64,000 nt of DNA, taken from contig OY762911.1 in the NCBI GenBank assembly GCA_963666565.1, positions 4,448,001 through 4,512,000 of the forward strand, read 5' to 3'. Below the pieces are notes generated by a model. The model saw only the letters and a program-made list of their open reading frames with translations. It was not told where the DNA came from and searched no databases. Within the stretch, counting starts at the first letter, position 1, and each line of letters starts with the position of its first letter. The DNA is from Thermoanaerobaculia bacterium (lineage in GTDB: Bacteria; Acidobacteriota; Thermoanaerobaculia; Multivoradales; Multivoraceae). This document shows, piece after piece, positions 47,204 to 55,821 of this stretch. The translations under genes and the position numbers were made by a program.

Positions 47204-48775
47204 CTGAACCGACTCCGTTCCAGCAGACGCCTTCGACTCGCCGGCGCCGGCGCGCGCTTCGCCGTCCTGCCGCTGCTCCTCGCCGCGGCGCCGTCGGCGG
47301 CTCACGAGGTGCCCGGCAGCGTCACGGTCCAGGTGCTGGTGAGGCAGCACGACGACCGCCTCCAGATCCTCGTGCGGACGCCTTTGGAGGCGATGCAGGA
47401 GATGCAGTTCCCGGTCGACGTGCGGGGCATTCTCGACCTGGAAGAGCTCCGATCGAGCGGCGCCCTGCTCGCGGCGGCGAATCGCTGGATCGTGCCCAAT
47501 CTCGACCTCTACGCCGGCCGCGACAGGCTGCCGGCCACGACCGTCCAGGCAGCCCGGCTGTCCATCCCGTCCGACCGCTCGTTCACGGACTTCGACCGCG
47601 GTCTGGCGCACGTCCGCGGACCGCCGCTGCCGCCGACGACGCAGCTCGTCTGGCGGCAGGCCCTCCTGGACGTGCTGCTGGAGACGCCGCTCGACGCCCC
47701 GCGAGCAGCCGAGGGTCGGCGCACCGGCACACCGGACCACGACGCCACTGGGGCAGCCGAAGGTCGGCGCACCGGCACACCGAACCGCGACGCCCCTGGG
47801 GCGGCCGAGGGTCAGCGCACCGGCGAACCGGACCGCGACGCCCCCGGGGCGGCCGAGGCGCGCCGCGTCGGCGACCGGGCCGGCCTCGACGCCGAGCCGG
47901 CGACCGAACGGCAGCGGCTCTCCATCGACCCCCGCTTCGGCCGGCTCGGCCTGCGCGTCCTGACCGTGATCCGCCACGAGTCGCCCGACGGCGACGCGCG
48001 CGTCCTCCGGCTCGCCGCCGAGCCCGGCCGGGTCCGGCTCGACCCGAACTGGGCGCAGGCTTCGATCCACTTCGTCGCGATAGGCTTCGAACACATCCTG
48101 AGCGGCCTCGACCACCTGCTCTTCCTGGTCTGCCTGGTGGCGCCGCTCCGGCGCCTGCGTCAACTCGTGCTCGTCGTCACGTCGTTCACGGTCGCCCACT
48201 CGATCACCCTGATCGCCTCGGCGGCCGGCCTGGCGCCGCGAGCGCTCTGGTTTCCCACCCTGGTCGAGGTGCTGATCGCGCTCTCCATCGTCTACATGGC
48301 GTTCGAGAACATCCTCGGAGTCGGCCAGGACCGCCGCTGGACCGCCGCCTTCGGCTTCGGCCTCGTCCACGGCTTCGGCTTCTCCTTCGCACTCAGCGAG
48401 TCGCTCCAGTTCGCGGGCGCTCACCTCGTCACGTCGCTGCTCGCTTTCAACGTCGGCGTCGAACTCGGCCAACTCCTCGTCCTGCTGCTGCTGATTCCCC
48501 TGCTGGACTTCGTCTTCCGCCGCCTCCCCAACGAGCGGCTGGGGACCATCTTCATCTCCGCCCTGATCGTCCATACCGCCTGGCACTGGACCGGCGACCG
48601 GGGCGCCGACCTGCTCCAGTACCGCCCACTGGCGCCGCTGCTGGACCCGATCCCCGACGGTGTCCTGCCATGGATTCTGGCGATCGCGGCGGCCGCGGTT
48701 CCCACCGGCCAGTGGTTGCGCCGACGACGATCTCAACCCAAGAGGAAGCCGGCCGATGGCCGGCTCGTTCCCTAG
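47204..48775 (+). CDS. HupE/UreJ family membrane protein with an internal tandem repeat
   Basis: EHILSGLDHLLF, FTVAHSITL, FGLVHGFGF and FNVGVELGQ motifs. The signal peptide lies upstream of the listed GTG (47309), so the start is probably CTG 47204. Confidence 0.85.
   Translation: MNRLRSSRRLRLAGAGARFAVLPLLLAAAPSAAHEVPGSVTVQVLVRQHDDRLQILVRTPLEAMQEMQFPVDVRGILDLEELRSSGALLAAANRWIVPNLDLYAGRDRLPATTVQAARLSIPSDRSFTDFDRGLAHVRGPPLPPTTQLVWRQALLDVLLETPLDAPRAAEGRRTGTPDHDATGAAEGRRTGTPNRDAPGAAEGQRTGEPDRDAPGAAEARRVGDRAGLDAEPATERQRLSIDPRFGRLGLRVLTVIRHESPDGDARVLRLAAEPGRVRLDPNWAQASIHFVAIGFEHILSGLDHLLFLVCLVAPLRRLRQLVLVVTSFTVAHSITLIASAAGLAPRALWFPTLVEVLIALSIVYMAFENILGVGQDRRWTAAFGFGLVHGFGFSFALSESLQFAGAHLVTSLLAFNVGVELGQLLVLLLLIPLLDFVFRRLPNERLGTIFISALIVHTAWHWTGDRGADLLQYRPLAPLLDPIPDGVLPWILAIAAAAVPTGQWLRRRRSQPKRKPADGRLVP
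47693..47887 (+). repeat. In-frame 48-bp tandem repeat, ~4 copies (DAPGAAEGRRTGTPDR-like)
   Basis: Units begin at 47693, 47741, 47789 and 47837. Confidence 0.9.
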
Positions 48776-48816
48776 GCCGCCTCCGGCGGGAGCGGGTCAG
48801 AAGACCCGCGCACCCA
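48776..48816 (-). repeat. REP family A copy
   Basis: Plus strand GCCGCCTCCGGCGGGAGCGGGTCAGAAGACCCGCGCACCCA. Confidence 0.8.
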
Positions 48817-48951
48817 GAGACACCTCGTCTCCCTCCCCCCACTCTTTACTGGAACTGCGTCAATCTCGCTCTGAGCAGATGCCGGCCAGAAGGCCGGCGC
48901 ACCAACACACCGCACCGCGAATCGACGGTCCGTCCAGCCGACGAACGTCAA

Positions 48952-49127
48952 GCCCGTGGAGTGGCCGGGGGAGGGGTCACGGCGGGCTCTGAACGAGCGA
49001 CGCACGACGCCATGAACGGGAACCGACGCCGATCCGGAGCGAGTGAAGCGAAGCGAGCGCCAGCTTCTCATCTTCCGAGAGAGCGCGAGCGGCCGTCCGT
49101 GACCCGTCCGCCGGCCACTCCGCGGGC
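48952..49127 (+). repeat. ~177-bp stem-loop element (family B), copy 3
   Basis: Arms GCCCGTGGAGTGGCCGG...GGGTCACGG and CCGTGACCC...CCGGCCACTCCGCGGGC; interior GAACGAGCGAC and CCGGAGCGAGTGAAGCGAAGCGAGCGC. Confidence 0.85.
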
Positions 49128-49153
49128 GGCTGCGCGCCGCCGACGCTGCGCCG

Positions 49154-50389
49154 CTACCGCACCGCTTCGGCGAGCGCCTCGACCAGCGCCGCGCGGTGGC
49201 GGCTGTACTCGGGATTGGTCGCGTGCGGCCAGGCGCTGTGGGTGACGATCACGACGTTGGACGACGGGTCCATCCACAGGAGCTGACCGAAAATGCCCCT
49301 GCCCGAGAACGGGCCGTCACCCGATAGCCACCACAGGTAGCCGTAGCCGTCGTATCCCTCGCTGGCGGTCGTCGACTCCTCCATCCAGCCCTCGGGCAGC
49401 ACCCGCGTACCGTCCCGCAACACGCCGCCGTTCATCGCGAAGATGCCAATCCGGGCGTAGTCCCGGAGCGTCGCGTTGATGCAGCAGCCGCCCAGTTCGC
49501 CGCCTCCGGGCTCGTGAAGCAGCCAGTTGGCGTCCGCCTCCATGCCGAACGGGCCCCAGATCTTGTGCTCCAGGTAGGTCGAGAGGTTGTTGCCGATCGC
49601 CGCCCGCAGCACGGCGCCGGCCATGTTCGTCTCGCCGGTGTTGTAGTTGAAGACCTCGCCCGGAGGATGGAGCTCCTCAAGCCCCGCCATGTACCGCGTC
49701 TGGTCGACGATCGGCCCCGGCAAGGTCGCCACGTCCGACTCGGGGTCCGCGTAGTCCTCGTTCCAGTCGACGCCCGATGCCATCTGCAGCACGTCCTCGA
49801 TCAACACCTCGTCGTAGCCGCCGCCAGCCAGCAGCGGCAGGTACTTCGTGACCGGATCGTCGACGCTGCCGATGTAGCCGTCGGCGATCGCGGCGCCGTA
49901 GAGCATCGAGACGACGGATTTGGCGATCGAGAACGAGATCCAGCGCGAGTTCTCGTCGTTGCCGAGGCCGTAGCGCTCGAAGACCACCGCGTCGTCCTTG
50001 ACCACCAGCAGACCCGCGATGCGCCGGTCGCGGATGTAGGCGTCGGCGGTGAAGGTCTCGCCCTCGACCTCGTAGGTCACCGCCGAGAGGTCCCGTGGCG
50101 CCGACGCCAGCGGGTACGGATCGTCGGAAGCCTCGAACCAGCGGGCGGCGCCGACGAGGTCCGCGTTCCGGTAGCCCGCGACCTGCTGCTCCGGCGTCCA
50201 GAACAGGACCTGGTCGCGCGGACCCAGGTTCTCCAGATCGGAACTCGCAGGCTCGGCCGGGGCGGTCTCCGCATCCGGCGCCGGTCCGGCGCAGGCGGCG
50301 AGCACCAGCAGGAGCGCCGCCGCCGCGACCGCCCGTCCACCAGCTGGCCGCCGCACCTTCAGGTTCCAGGTCGCTACATCTTGCGCCAT
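49154..50389 (-). CDS. Serine hydrolase (class C beta-lactamase / NylB-like) lipoprotein
   Basis: SFSIAKS (SxxK), FNYNTG, YGYLWW and GIFGQ motifs; lipobox LAAC. Confidence 0.92.
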   Translation of the reverse strand: MAQDVATWNLKVRRPAGGRAVAAAALLLVLAACAGPAPDAETAPAEPASSDLENLGPRDQVLFWTPEQQVAGYRNADLVGAARWFEASDDPYPLASAPRDLSAVTYEVEGETFTADAYIRDRRIAGLLVVKDDAVVFERYGLGNDENSRWISFSIAKSVVSMLYGAAIADGYIGSVDDPVTKYLPLLAGGGYDEVLIEDVLQMASGVDWNEDYADPESDVATLPGPIVDQTRYMAGLEELHPPGEVFNYNTGETNMAGAVLRAAIGNNLSTYLEHKIWGPFGMEADANWLLHEPGGGELGGCCINATLRDYARIGIFAMNGGVLRDGTRVLPEGWMEESTTASEGYDGYGYLWWLSGDGPFSGRGIFGQLLWMDPSSNVVIVTHSAWPHATNPEYSRHRAALVEALAEAVR

Positions 50390-50475
50390 CTCGTCCTCCC
50401 TTGATCGGAAGACCCGATCCTAGCGCCGACTGGCCCTCGCCCGGCGCGCCCCGGTAGGCTGACTCCTGGGCCGCC

Positions 50476-51555
50476 ATGAACGACGAACCGACCAGCCCAT
50501 CCGGCGCCGCGACCGCCGATCTCGCCTCGGTCCACGAAGTCGGCAACGAGGATGCCGTCCGGGACCTGTTCGAGTCCCGCGGCTGGACGGACGGCCTGCC
50601 CATCGTGCCGCCGACGCCGGAGCGGGTGGCCGCCGCGCTCGAAGCGGCCGTCATGACGCCCGCCCAGGTGCTGGGCGTGGAGACGGTCCGCGGCCGGGCG
50701 ATCACCGCCCGGAAGGCGGCGATCAACGCGGTGATGGCCGGCTGCCGGCCGCGCGACTTCGCGGTCGTCGCCGCGGCGGTCGAAGCGATGTGCGATCCGG
50801 CGTTCCTGCTGCACGGCGCGACCTCCAGCACCGGCGGCTGCGCCGTGCTGATCGTCGTCAACGGCCCGATCCGACGGGAACTCGGCATGACCGGGACGTT
50901 CAACGCGCTCGGCGGCGCCGACCGGGCCTCGCTCGCCATCGGCCGGGCGGTCCGGCTCATCCTGCGCAACCTGCTCAGCGTCCGGCCGGGAGAGCTCGAC
51001 CGCTCCACCCTCGGGCATCCCGGCAAGCTGAGCTACGTCCTCGCCGAAGACGAGGAGAACTCGCCCTGGCCGTCCCTGGCAACCGAGCGCGGCGCGCCCG
51101 GCGGCGCCTCGACCGCGACCGTCTTCGCCGCCGGCGCGCCCCGGCAGATCATGAACGAGTGGACGACGGAACCCGAGGCGATCCTGGACACCGTCGCGGC
51201 CGAGATGCGGGCGAACATGCTCCACTACTCCATCTGGGCGGGCAACCACTGCCTCGTCCTGCCGCCGCAGTTGCGGGCGAGCTTCGCCGCCGCCGGCTGG
51301 AGCAAGGCGGACATCCGGACCTGCCTCTACGAGCGAGCGCGCGTCCGCCGCGGAGACTGGGAACGGGTGGGCAAGGCCGCGGTGGTGAGCGACGCGAACC
51401 GGGATCGCGAGTACAGGGCGCTCCAGTCGCCGGACGACCTGCTCGTCGTCGCCGCCGGCGGACCGGCGGGCGGCTTCGCGGCGGTCGTCCCGCCGTGGTT
51501 CGGCGCCAAGTCGCGGGCCGTTACGGCCGGCGTCGGCTTCTGCCTGGAGTGCTGA
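50476..51555 (+). CDS. Hypothetical protein (GWTDGLPIVPPT family) with C-terminal CxxC
   Basis: GWTDGLPIVPPT, AINAVMAGC, NGPIR.ELG and GHPGK...AEDEE.SPW motifs; ends CLEC. Confidence 0.75.
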   Translation: MNDEPTSPSGAATADLASVHEVGNEDAVRDLFESRGWTDGLPIVPPTPERVAAALEAAVMTPAQVLGVETVRGRAITARKAAINAVMAGCRPRDFAVVAAAVEAMCDPAFLLHGATSSTGGCAVLIVVNGPIRRELGMTGTFNALGGADRASLAIGRAVRLILRNLLSVRPGELDRSTLGHPGKLSYVLAEDEENSPWPSLATERGAPGGASTATVFAAGAPRQIMNEWTTEPEAILDTVAAEMRANMLHYSIWAGNHCLVLPPQLRASFAAAGWSKADIRTCLYERARVRRGDWERVGKAAVVSDANRDREYRALQSPDDLLVVAAGGPAGGFAAVVPPWFGAKSRAVTAGVGFCLEC

Positions 51556-51580
51556 AGCCGACCACGCGACGACAACCGGA

Positions 51581-51606
51581 AGCGGGTCGGAAGACGCGCA
51601 CACCCA
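51581..51606 (-). repeat. Degenerate REP family A copy
   Basis: Plus strand AGCGGGTCGGAAGACGCGCACACCCA. Confidence 0.65.
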
Positions 51607-51627
51607 GTACCGCCGCACGGCGCGTCG

Positions 51628-52224
51628 TCACGGGCGGCAGGGGGTGTCGAGCAGATCGGCCACTGCAGCGCCCGACACCAGCCCGCGGTAACGGCCGCAG
51701 ATCTTGCCGGCCTCGAGACGCAAGACGAAGACGGCGTCGGCACGGTCCTCGCCCTCGCCGTCCGAGCCGGCAAGTTCCCGCCAGGCGCCGGCGCCATCCT
51801 CGACGACCAAGTAGGACCCGTGCCGTGCGTCGGCCACCTCGCCCCGCAGCGTCCGCACGATCATGCGGCGGATGAAGCCGGGAGCGCCCTCGAGCACCAC
51901 GACGCTGTAGGTCGACCAGCCCGCGGCCCGCGGTTCGTCGTCGAGCGCGCTTCGCCACTCGCGCGCGCCGGCGTTGGCGGCGCGATGGAAGCTGACGACG
52001 AGCAGCGACCGGGGCCCGAGGTCGGCCGCCGAGACCTCCTCGCCCGCCAGCGTCACCGCGAGCGGATTCGCGTCGGCGGCAGCGGCCGCGACGGCGGCCG
52101 CGGCGGTGAGAAGAAGGCCGAGCGCGGCTGCCACGGCGCCGCGCCGCAGCGCGGTCGCCTCGCCGGTAACGGGCGGCGCGCCGGACCGACCCCACGCCAA
52201 GCGCCGCCGGGACGCGGCCCTCAC
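51628..52224 (-). CDS. Hypothetical secreted protein, possibly thioredoxin-like fold
   Basis: GTGA coupling to the methyltransferase stop; signal-like stretch; TLAGEEVSAADL..RSLLVVSF. Confidence 0.55.
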   Translation of the reverse strand: MRAASRRRLAWGRSGAPPVTGEATALRRGAVAAALGLLLTAAAAVAAAAADANPLAVTLAGEEVSAADLGPRSLLVVSFHRAANAGAREWRSALDDEPRAAGWSTYSVVVLEGAPGFIRRMIVRTLRGEVADARHGSYLVVEDGAGAWRELAGSDGEGEDRADAVFVLRLEAGKICGRYRGLVSGAAVADLLDTPCRP

Positions 52225-53018
52225 GGGCCGCTCCGGAAGCGCATCACGCGGTAGCGCCGGCAGCGGGCGAACGCCTCGGGATCGAGCAGCCGGTCGAGCC
52301 GGTCCAGCCAGCGGGTCACCGGCCGCGCCAGCCGCCAGGCGGCGCCCGCCAGACGGGGGAACTGCCGCGTCGAGGCGTCGCGCAGCAGGCCCACGATGCC
52401 GCGGCCGTAGCGCTCCACGATCGCCTGTCCGAGGCGCAGCGTCGGCAGCACGGAAGCGGTCACGTCCTCGTCCAGCTCCAGCTCGAGCCCCGCCGCCTCG
52501 GCCCGCCTCAGAAATTCCTCGAGCGGGTGGCCGCTCCTCGGCCTGCCCTCGTCGGACGCCACCGTGAAGTAGTCGCAGAGCAGGACGCTGCCTCCCGGCG
52601 CCAGGGACCGCCCGACCGCCTCGAAGAACTCGTCGAGCCAAACGTACTGCGCCGATTCGCACAGGAACAGGATGTCGTACCGGCGGTCCGGCTCGAACTC
52701 CTGGAAGCGGCCCAGGTGGAAGCGCCGGTCCGGCAACCGCTCGGCGAACAGCTCGCCGTGGTACGGGTCGGGCGAGAGGCCCTCGACGTCGTAGCCCAGG
52801 GCGGCCAGCCGCTCGCCGATCGCGCCGGTGCCGCAGCCGACGTCGAGCACCGACGACGCCCCCGGCGGCAGCAGTTCGAAGAGGCGCGCCACCAGCCGCT
52901 CCTGGGCGCGGCGCAGGCCGGCCACGTCGAGCGGGTCCTCTTCGTTCCAGATCCCGAAGTTCAGGTACTCCAGGCCGACGATCCGGTGCAGGAACTGGAG
53001 CGAGAAGCTCGTCTTCAC
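52221..53018 (-). CDS. Class I SAM-dependent methyltransferase
   Basis: LNFGIW, VLDVGCGTG, YDILFLCES and LAPGG motifs; start approximate. Confidence 0.85.
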   Translation of the reverse strand: MKTSFSLQFLHRIVGLEYLNFGIWNEEDPLDVAGLRRAQERLVARLFELLPPGASSVLDVGCGTGAIGERLAALGYDVEGLSPDPYHGELFAERLPDRRFHLGRFQEFEPDRRYDILFLCESAQYVWLDEFFEAVGRSLAPGGSVLLCDYFTVASDEGRPRSGHPLEEFLRRAEAAGLELELDEDVTASVLPTLRLGQAIVERYGRGIVGLLRDASTRQFPRLAGAAWRLARPVTRWLDRLDRLLDPEAFARCRRYRVMRFRSGP

Positions 53019-53283
53019 CTGGCGCGGGCTCTTGCCGTCCGCGGCCCGCCGGAACAACTGCCGGCCCTGGGGGCCGGGCCAGCGCCGCGGCGCCGCGGGA
53101 ACCTGAGCCGCCTCGGGCGCCGCCCTCTGGCGCGGAGGCGGCGTAGCGATGCGCAAACTCACCGGTCGGAGAGTGTACCGCCCTCCCGCGCACGGGGCGC
53201 GATAGGGTCGTTTCGCCTGAGACCGGATGAACCTGCGCCGCGGCGGCGGCGCAACGGTCGGCCGCGTGGCCCGAGGAGTCGCC

Positions 53284-55269
53284 ATGAGAAAGTCGCCCCT
53301 GACCATCGTCTTCGTCATTGCGCTCGCGACCGGGCTGCCGGCGCTGGCCGCGGACCATCCGCTCGATCCGCTCAGCGACGACGAGATCTGGCGGACCCTC
53401 GTCCTCCTGCGCGACGCGGGCCACATGGACAAGGACACGAAGTTCTCCCAGTTGACCCTGGACGAGCCGCCCAAGCGGCAGGTCCTGGCCTGGCGGCCCG
53501 GCGAACCGATGCCGCGGCGGGCCTGGGCGCTGCTGCGTCAGGACGACGACACGTTCGAGGCCGTCGTCGATCTGACGGCGGAGGAGGTCGTCTCCTGGGC
53601 GCGGCTCGAGGGCGCGGAGCCGAACTGGCACGGCGGCGAGTACGACTCGCTGAGCGACAAGGTGCTGGAACACCCGGACTTCCTGGCCGGGCTCGAAGCC
53701 CGCGGCGTGACGGACCTCACCTTCGTCGACTGCGGCGCCGGGCCGCGCGGCTACTTCGGCACGGAGGAGGAGCAGGGCCGGCGCATCGCGCACGTGACCT
53801 GCAGCGAGCCCGACGGCGTCGAGCGGCACGCGATCGAGGATCTGGTCGCGGTCGTGGACCTGGAAGCCGAGGAAGTGCTCCAGGTCATCGACGAGGGCGC
53901 AGGCCGCATTCCCGCCGCCCGGACCGACTTTCACGACATGCTGGGCGAGGAACGGGAAGTTCCCGGGCCGATGGAGACGCGCCAGCCGCTAGGCCCCGGC
54001 TTCGAGCTCGACGGCTACCGGGTCGCCTGGCAGAACTGGAGCTTCCACCTCCGGCCCGACCAGCGCACCGGCCTCGTCCTCTCGCTCGTGAGCTACCGGG
54101 AGAAGCCCGAGGCGGCGCCCCGCTCGGTGCTCTACCAGGGCTACCTGTCCGAGATCTTCGTTCCCTACATGGATCCGTCGTTCGCCTGGTACCGCAAGAA
54201 CTTCATCGACGTCGGCGAGTACGTCGCCGGCGGCCTGGGCAAGCCGCTGATGCCGGGCGACGACTGCCCCGACCGGGCCGTCTACGTCGATTCGACGAAG
54301 ACCGGCGCCAACGGCTATCCGCGCACCGTGCCGGGAACGATCTGCATCTACGAGCGCGAGACCGGCGACCCGTCGTGGCGCCACTGGTCGTCCGGAGGAC
54401 CCGAGAGCCGCAGGAGCCGCGACCTGGTGGTCCGGCTCGGAGGCGTCGTCGGCAACTACGACTACCTGGTCGACTGGATCTTCCGCCAGGACGGTTCGAT
54501 CGAGGTCCGGGTCGGCGCCACCGGCATCCTCGCCTACGAGACGACCGCCGCGGTCTCCGCCGCGCCGCCGGCGCCCGTCGCCGGACCGGCGAACGCGGCC
54601 GCGGCCGACGCCCTGACCGCCGGCGGCGGCGCGGACGCCTACGGCCGCTTCGTTCAGCCGAACGTCGTCGCGGTGAACCACGACCACTACTTCAACTTCC
54701 GGCTCGACATCGACGTCGACGGCACGGAGAACCGCTTCGTCGCCGACCGCCTGGTCGCCCGCACCCTTCCCGACGGCCATCCGCGGCGCAGCCTGTGGGT
54801 GCAGGAACCCCGGATCGCCTCGAGCGAACACGATGCCCGGCTCGACATGGACTTGAGCCGGCCGACGCTCTGGCGCGTGCAGAGCACGAGCCGCAGGAAC
54901 GCCGTCGGCTACCCGACCAGCTTCCAGGTGATGCCGGGACGCAACGCGAGCACGCTGCTGTCGGCGGACGACTATCCGCGCCGCCGCGCCGGCTTCATCG
55001 ACCACCACCTCTGGGTGACGCCGCAGCGGGACGCCGAGCGGTTCGCGGCCGGCGAGCACCCGACCCTGAGCGAGCCGGGCATGGGACTGCCGGAATGGAC
55101 GGCCGCCGACCGCCCGATCGAGGACACGGACATCGTCGTGTGGCACACGGTCGGCATGCACCACCTGCCGCGGGCCGAGGACTGGCCGGTGATGCCGACG
55201 CTGTGGCACGGGTTCGAACTGCGGCCGTTCGACTTCTTCGACCGGAATCCCGCGCTCGACCTGCCCTGA
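53284..55269 (+). CDS. Copper/TPQ-dependent primary amine oxidase
   Basis: HPLDPL, FIDVGEY, NYDY (TPQ precursor), HDH and HHLPRAEDWPVMP motifs. Confidence 0.95.
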   Translation: MRKSPLTIVFVIALATGLPALAADHPLDPLSDDEIWRTLVLLRDAGHMDKDTKFSQLTLDEPPKRQVLAWRPGEPMPRRAWALLRQDDDTFEAVVDLTAEEVVSWARLEGAEPNWHGGEYDSLSDKVLEHPDFLAGLEARGVTDLTFVDCGAGPRGYFGTEEEQGRRIAHVTCSEPDGVERHAIEDLVAVVDLEAEEVLQVIDEGAGRIPAARTDFHDMLGEEREVPGPMETRQPLGPGFELDGYRVAWQNWSFHLRPDQRTGLVLSLVSYREKPEAAPRSVLYQGYLSEIFVPYMDPSFAWYRKNFIDVGEYVAGGLGKPLMPGDDCPDRAVYVDSTKTGANGYPRTVPGTICIYERETGDPSWRHWSSGGPESRRSRDLVVRLGGVVGNYDYLVDWIFRQDGSIEVRVGATGILAYETTAAVSAAPPAPVAGPANAAAADALTAGGGADAYGRFVQPNVVAVNHDHYFNFRLDIDVDGTENRFVADRLVARTLPDGHPRRSLWVQEPRIASSEHDARLDMDLSRPTLWRVQSTSRRNAVGYPTSFQVMPGRNASTLLSADDYPRRRAGFIDHHLWVTPQRDAERFAAGEHPTLSEPGMGLPEWTAADRPIEDTDIVVWHTVGMHHLPRAEDWPVMPTLWHGFELRPFDFFDRNPALDLP

Positions 55270-55275
55270 CCCGCC

Positions 55276-55447
55276 GGGTGCGCGGGTCTTCTGACCCGCT
55301 CAGGGGGGTGCAGCGGAGCGGCGCAGCCCGGAAAGGACGGTCGCCGGCCAGAGGCCGGCGACCATAGGCAGCGGTACCGGGCCTTCGGCCCGGCGCGTTC
55401 TTCTGGCCGCCTCCGGCGGCAGCGGGTCGGAAGACCCGCGCACCCAG
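55276..55447. repeat. REPIN-like doublet
   Basis: GGGTGCGCGGGTCTTCTGACCCGC and the inverse GCGGGTCGGAAGACCCGCGCACCCAG. Confidence 0.85.
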
Positions 55448-55450
55448 TGC

Positions 55451-55492
55451 GACAGTTCTGTCGTGCGGACTACACAGGACGACAGGATTGTC
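55451..55492. promoter_or_regulatory. Two GACA-N4-TGTC palindromes 30 bp apart (candidate regulator sites for amtB)
   Basis: GACAGTTCTGTC at 55451-55462 and GACAGGATTGTC at 55481-55492. Confidence 0.45.
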
Positions 55493-55671
55493 TGTCCAAG
55501 TCAAGCCGGTCGCCGTCCCGCGCGGTCGCGGCGCGCGTCCTCCCGACCGCGTCGCCCACTCCGCGAAACGCCGCCAACCCCTGCCGCCACGCGGGTTTGC
55601 GCCCGCGGCCGTGGCGCCGCGCCGACCCCCTGACCGGACGCCGCGACACGACCGCCGCGCATCCGTCCTCC

Positions 55672-55687
55672 TGGCACGATTCTGGAT
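55672..55687 (+). promoter_or_regulatory. Candidate sigma-54 promoter of amtB-glnK (imperfect -12 element)
   Basis: TGGCACGATTCTGGAT: the -24 box TGGCACG matches, but -12 reads GA instead of GC. Confidence 0.4.
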
Positions 55688-55821
55688 AGCGGCTACAGGA
55701 CAAGCCCGGGCGTCAGTTCCGGAATCCTGACCTCGCCCGCGCCGTACAGGCAACGCGGGCCGAGACGACCAGCCGGGCGCATCGAACGATCAATCGACGA
55801 TCAACGAAGAGGAGGACTCGC

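Noticed and set aside
47693-47887. Tandem repeats as a CRISPR array
   Set aside because: No unique spacers, in-frame coding sequence, and no cas genes in the window.
51553-51555. TGA after CLEC as selenocysteine
   Set aside because: No evident SECIS or protein-like continuation; a REP and a convergent gene follow.
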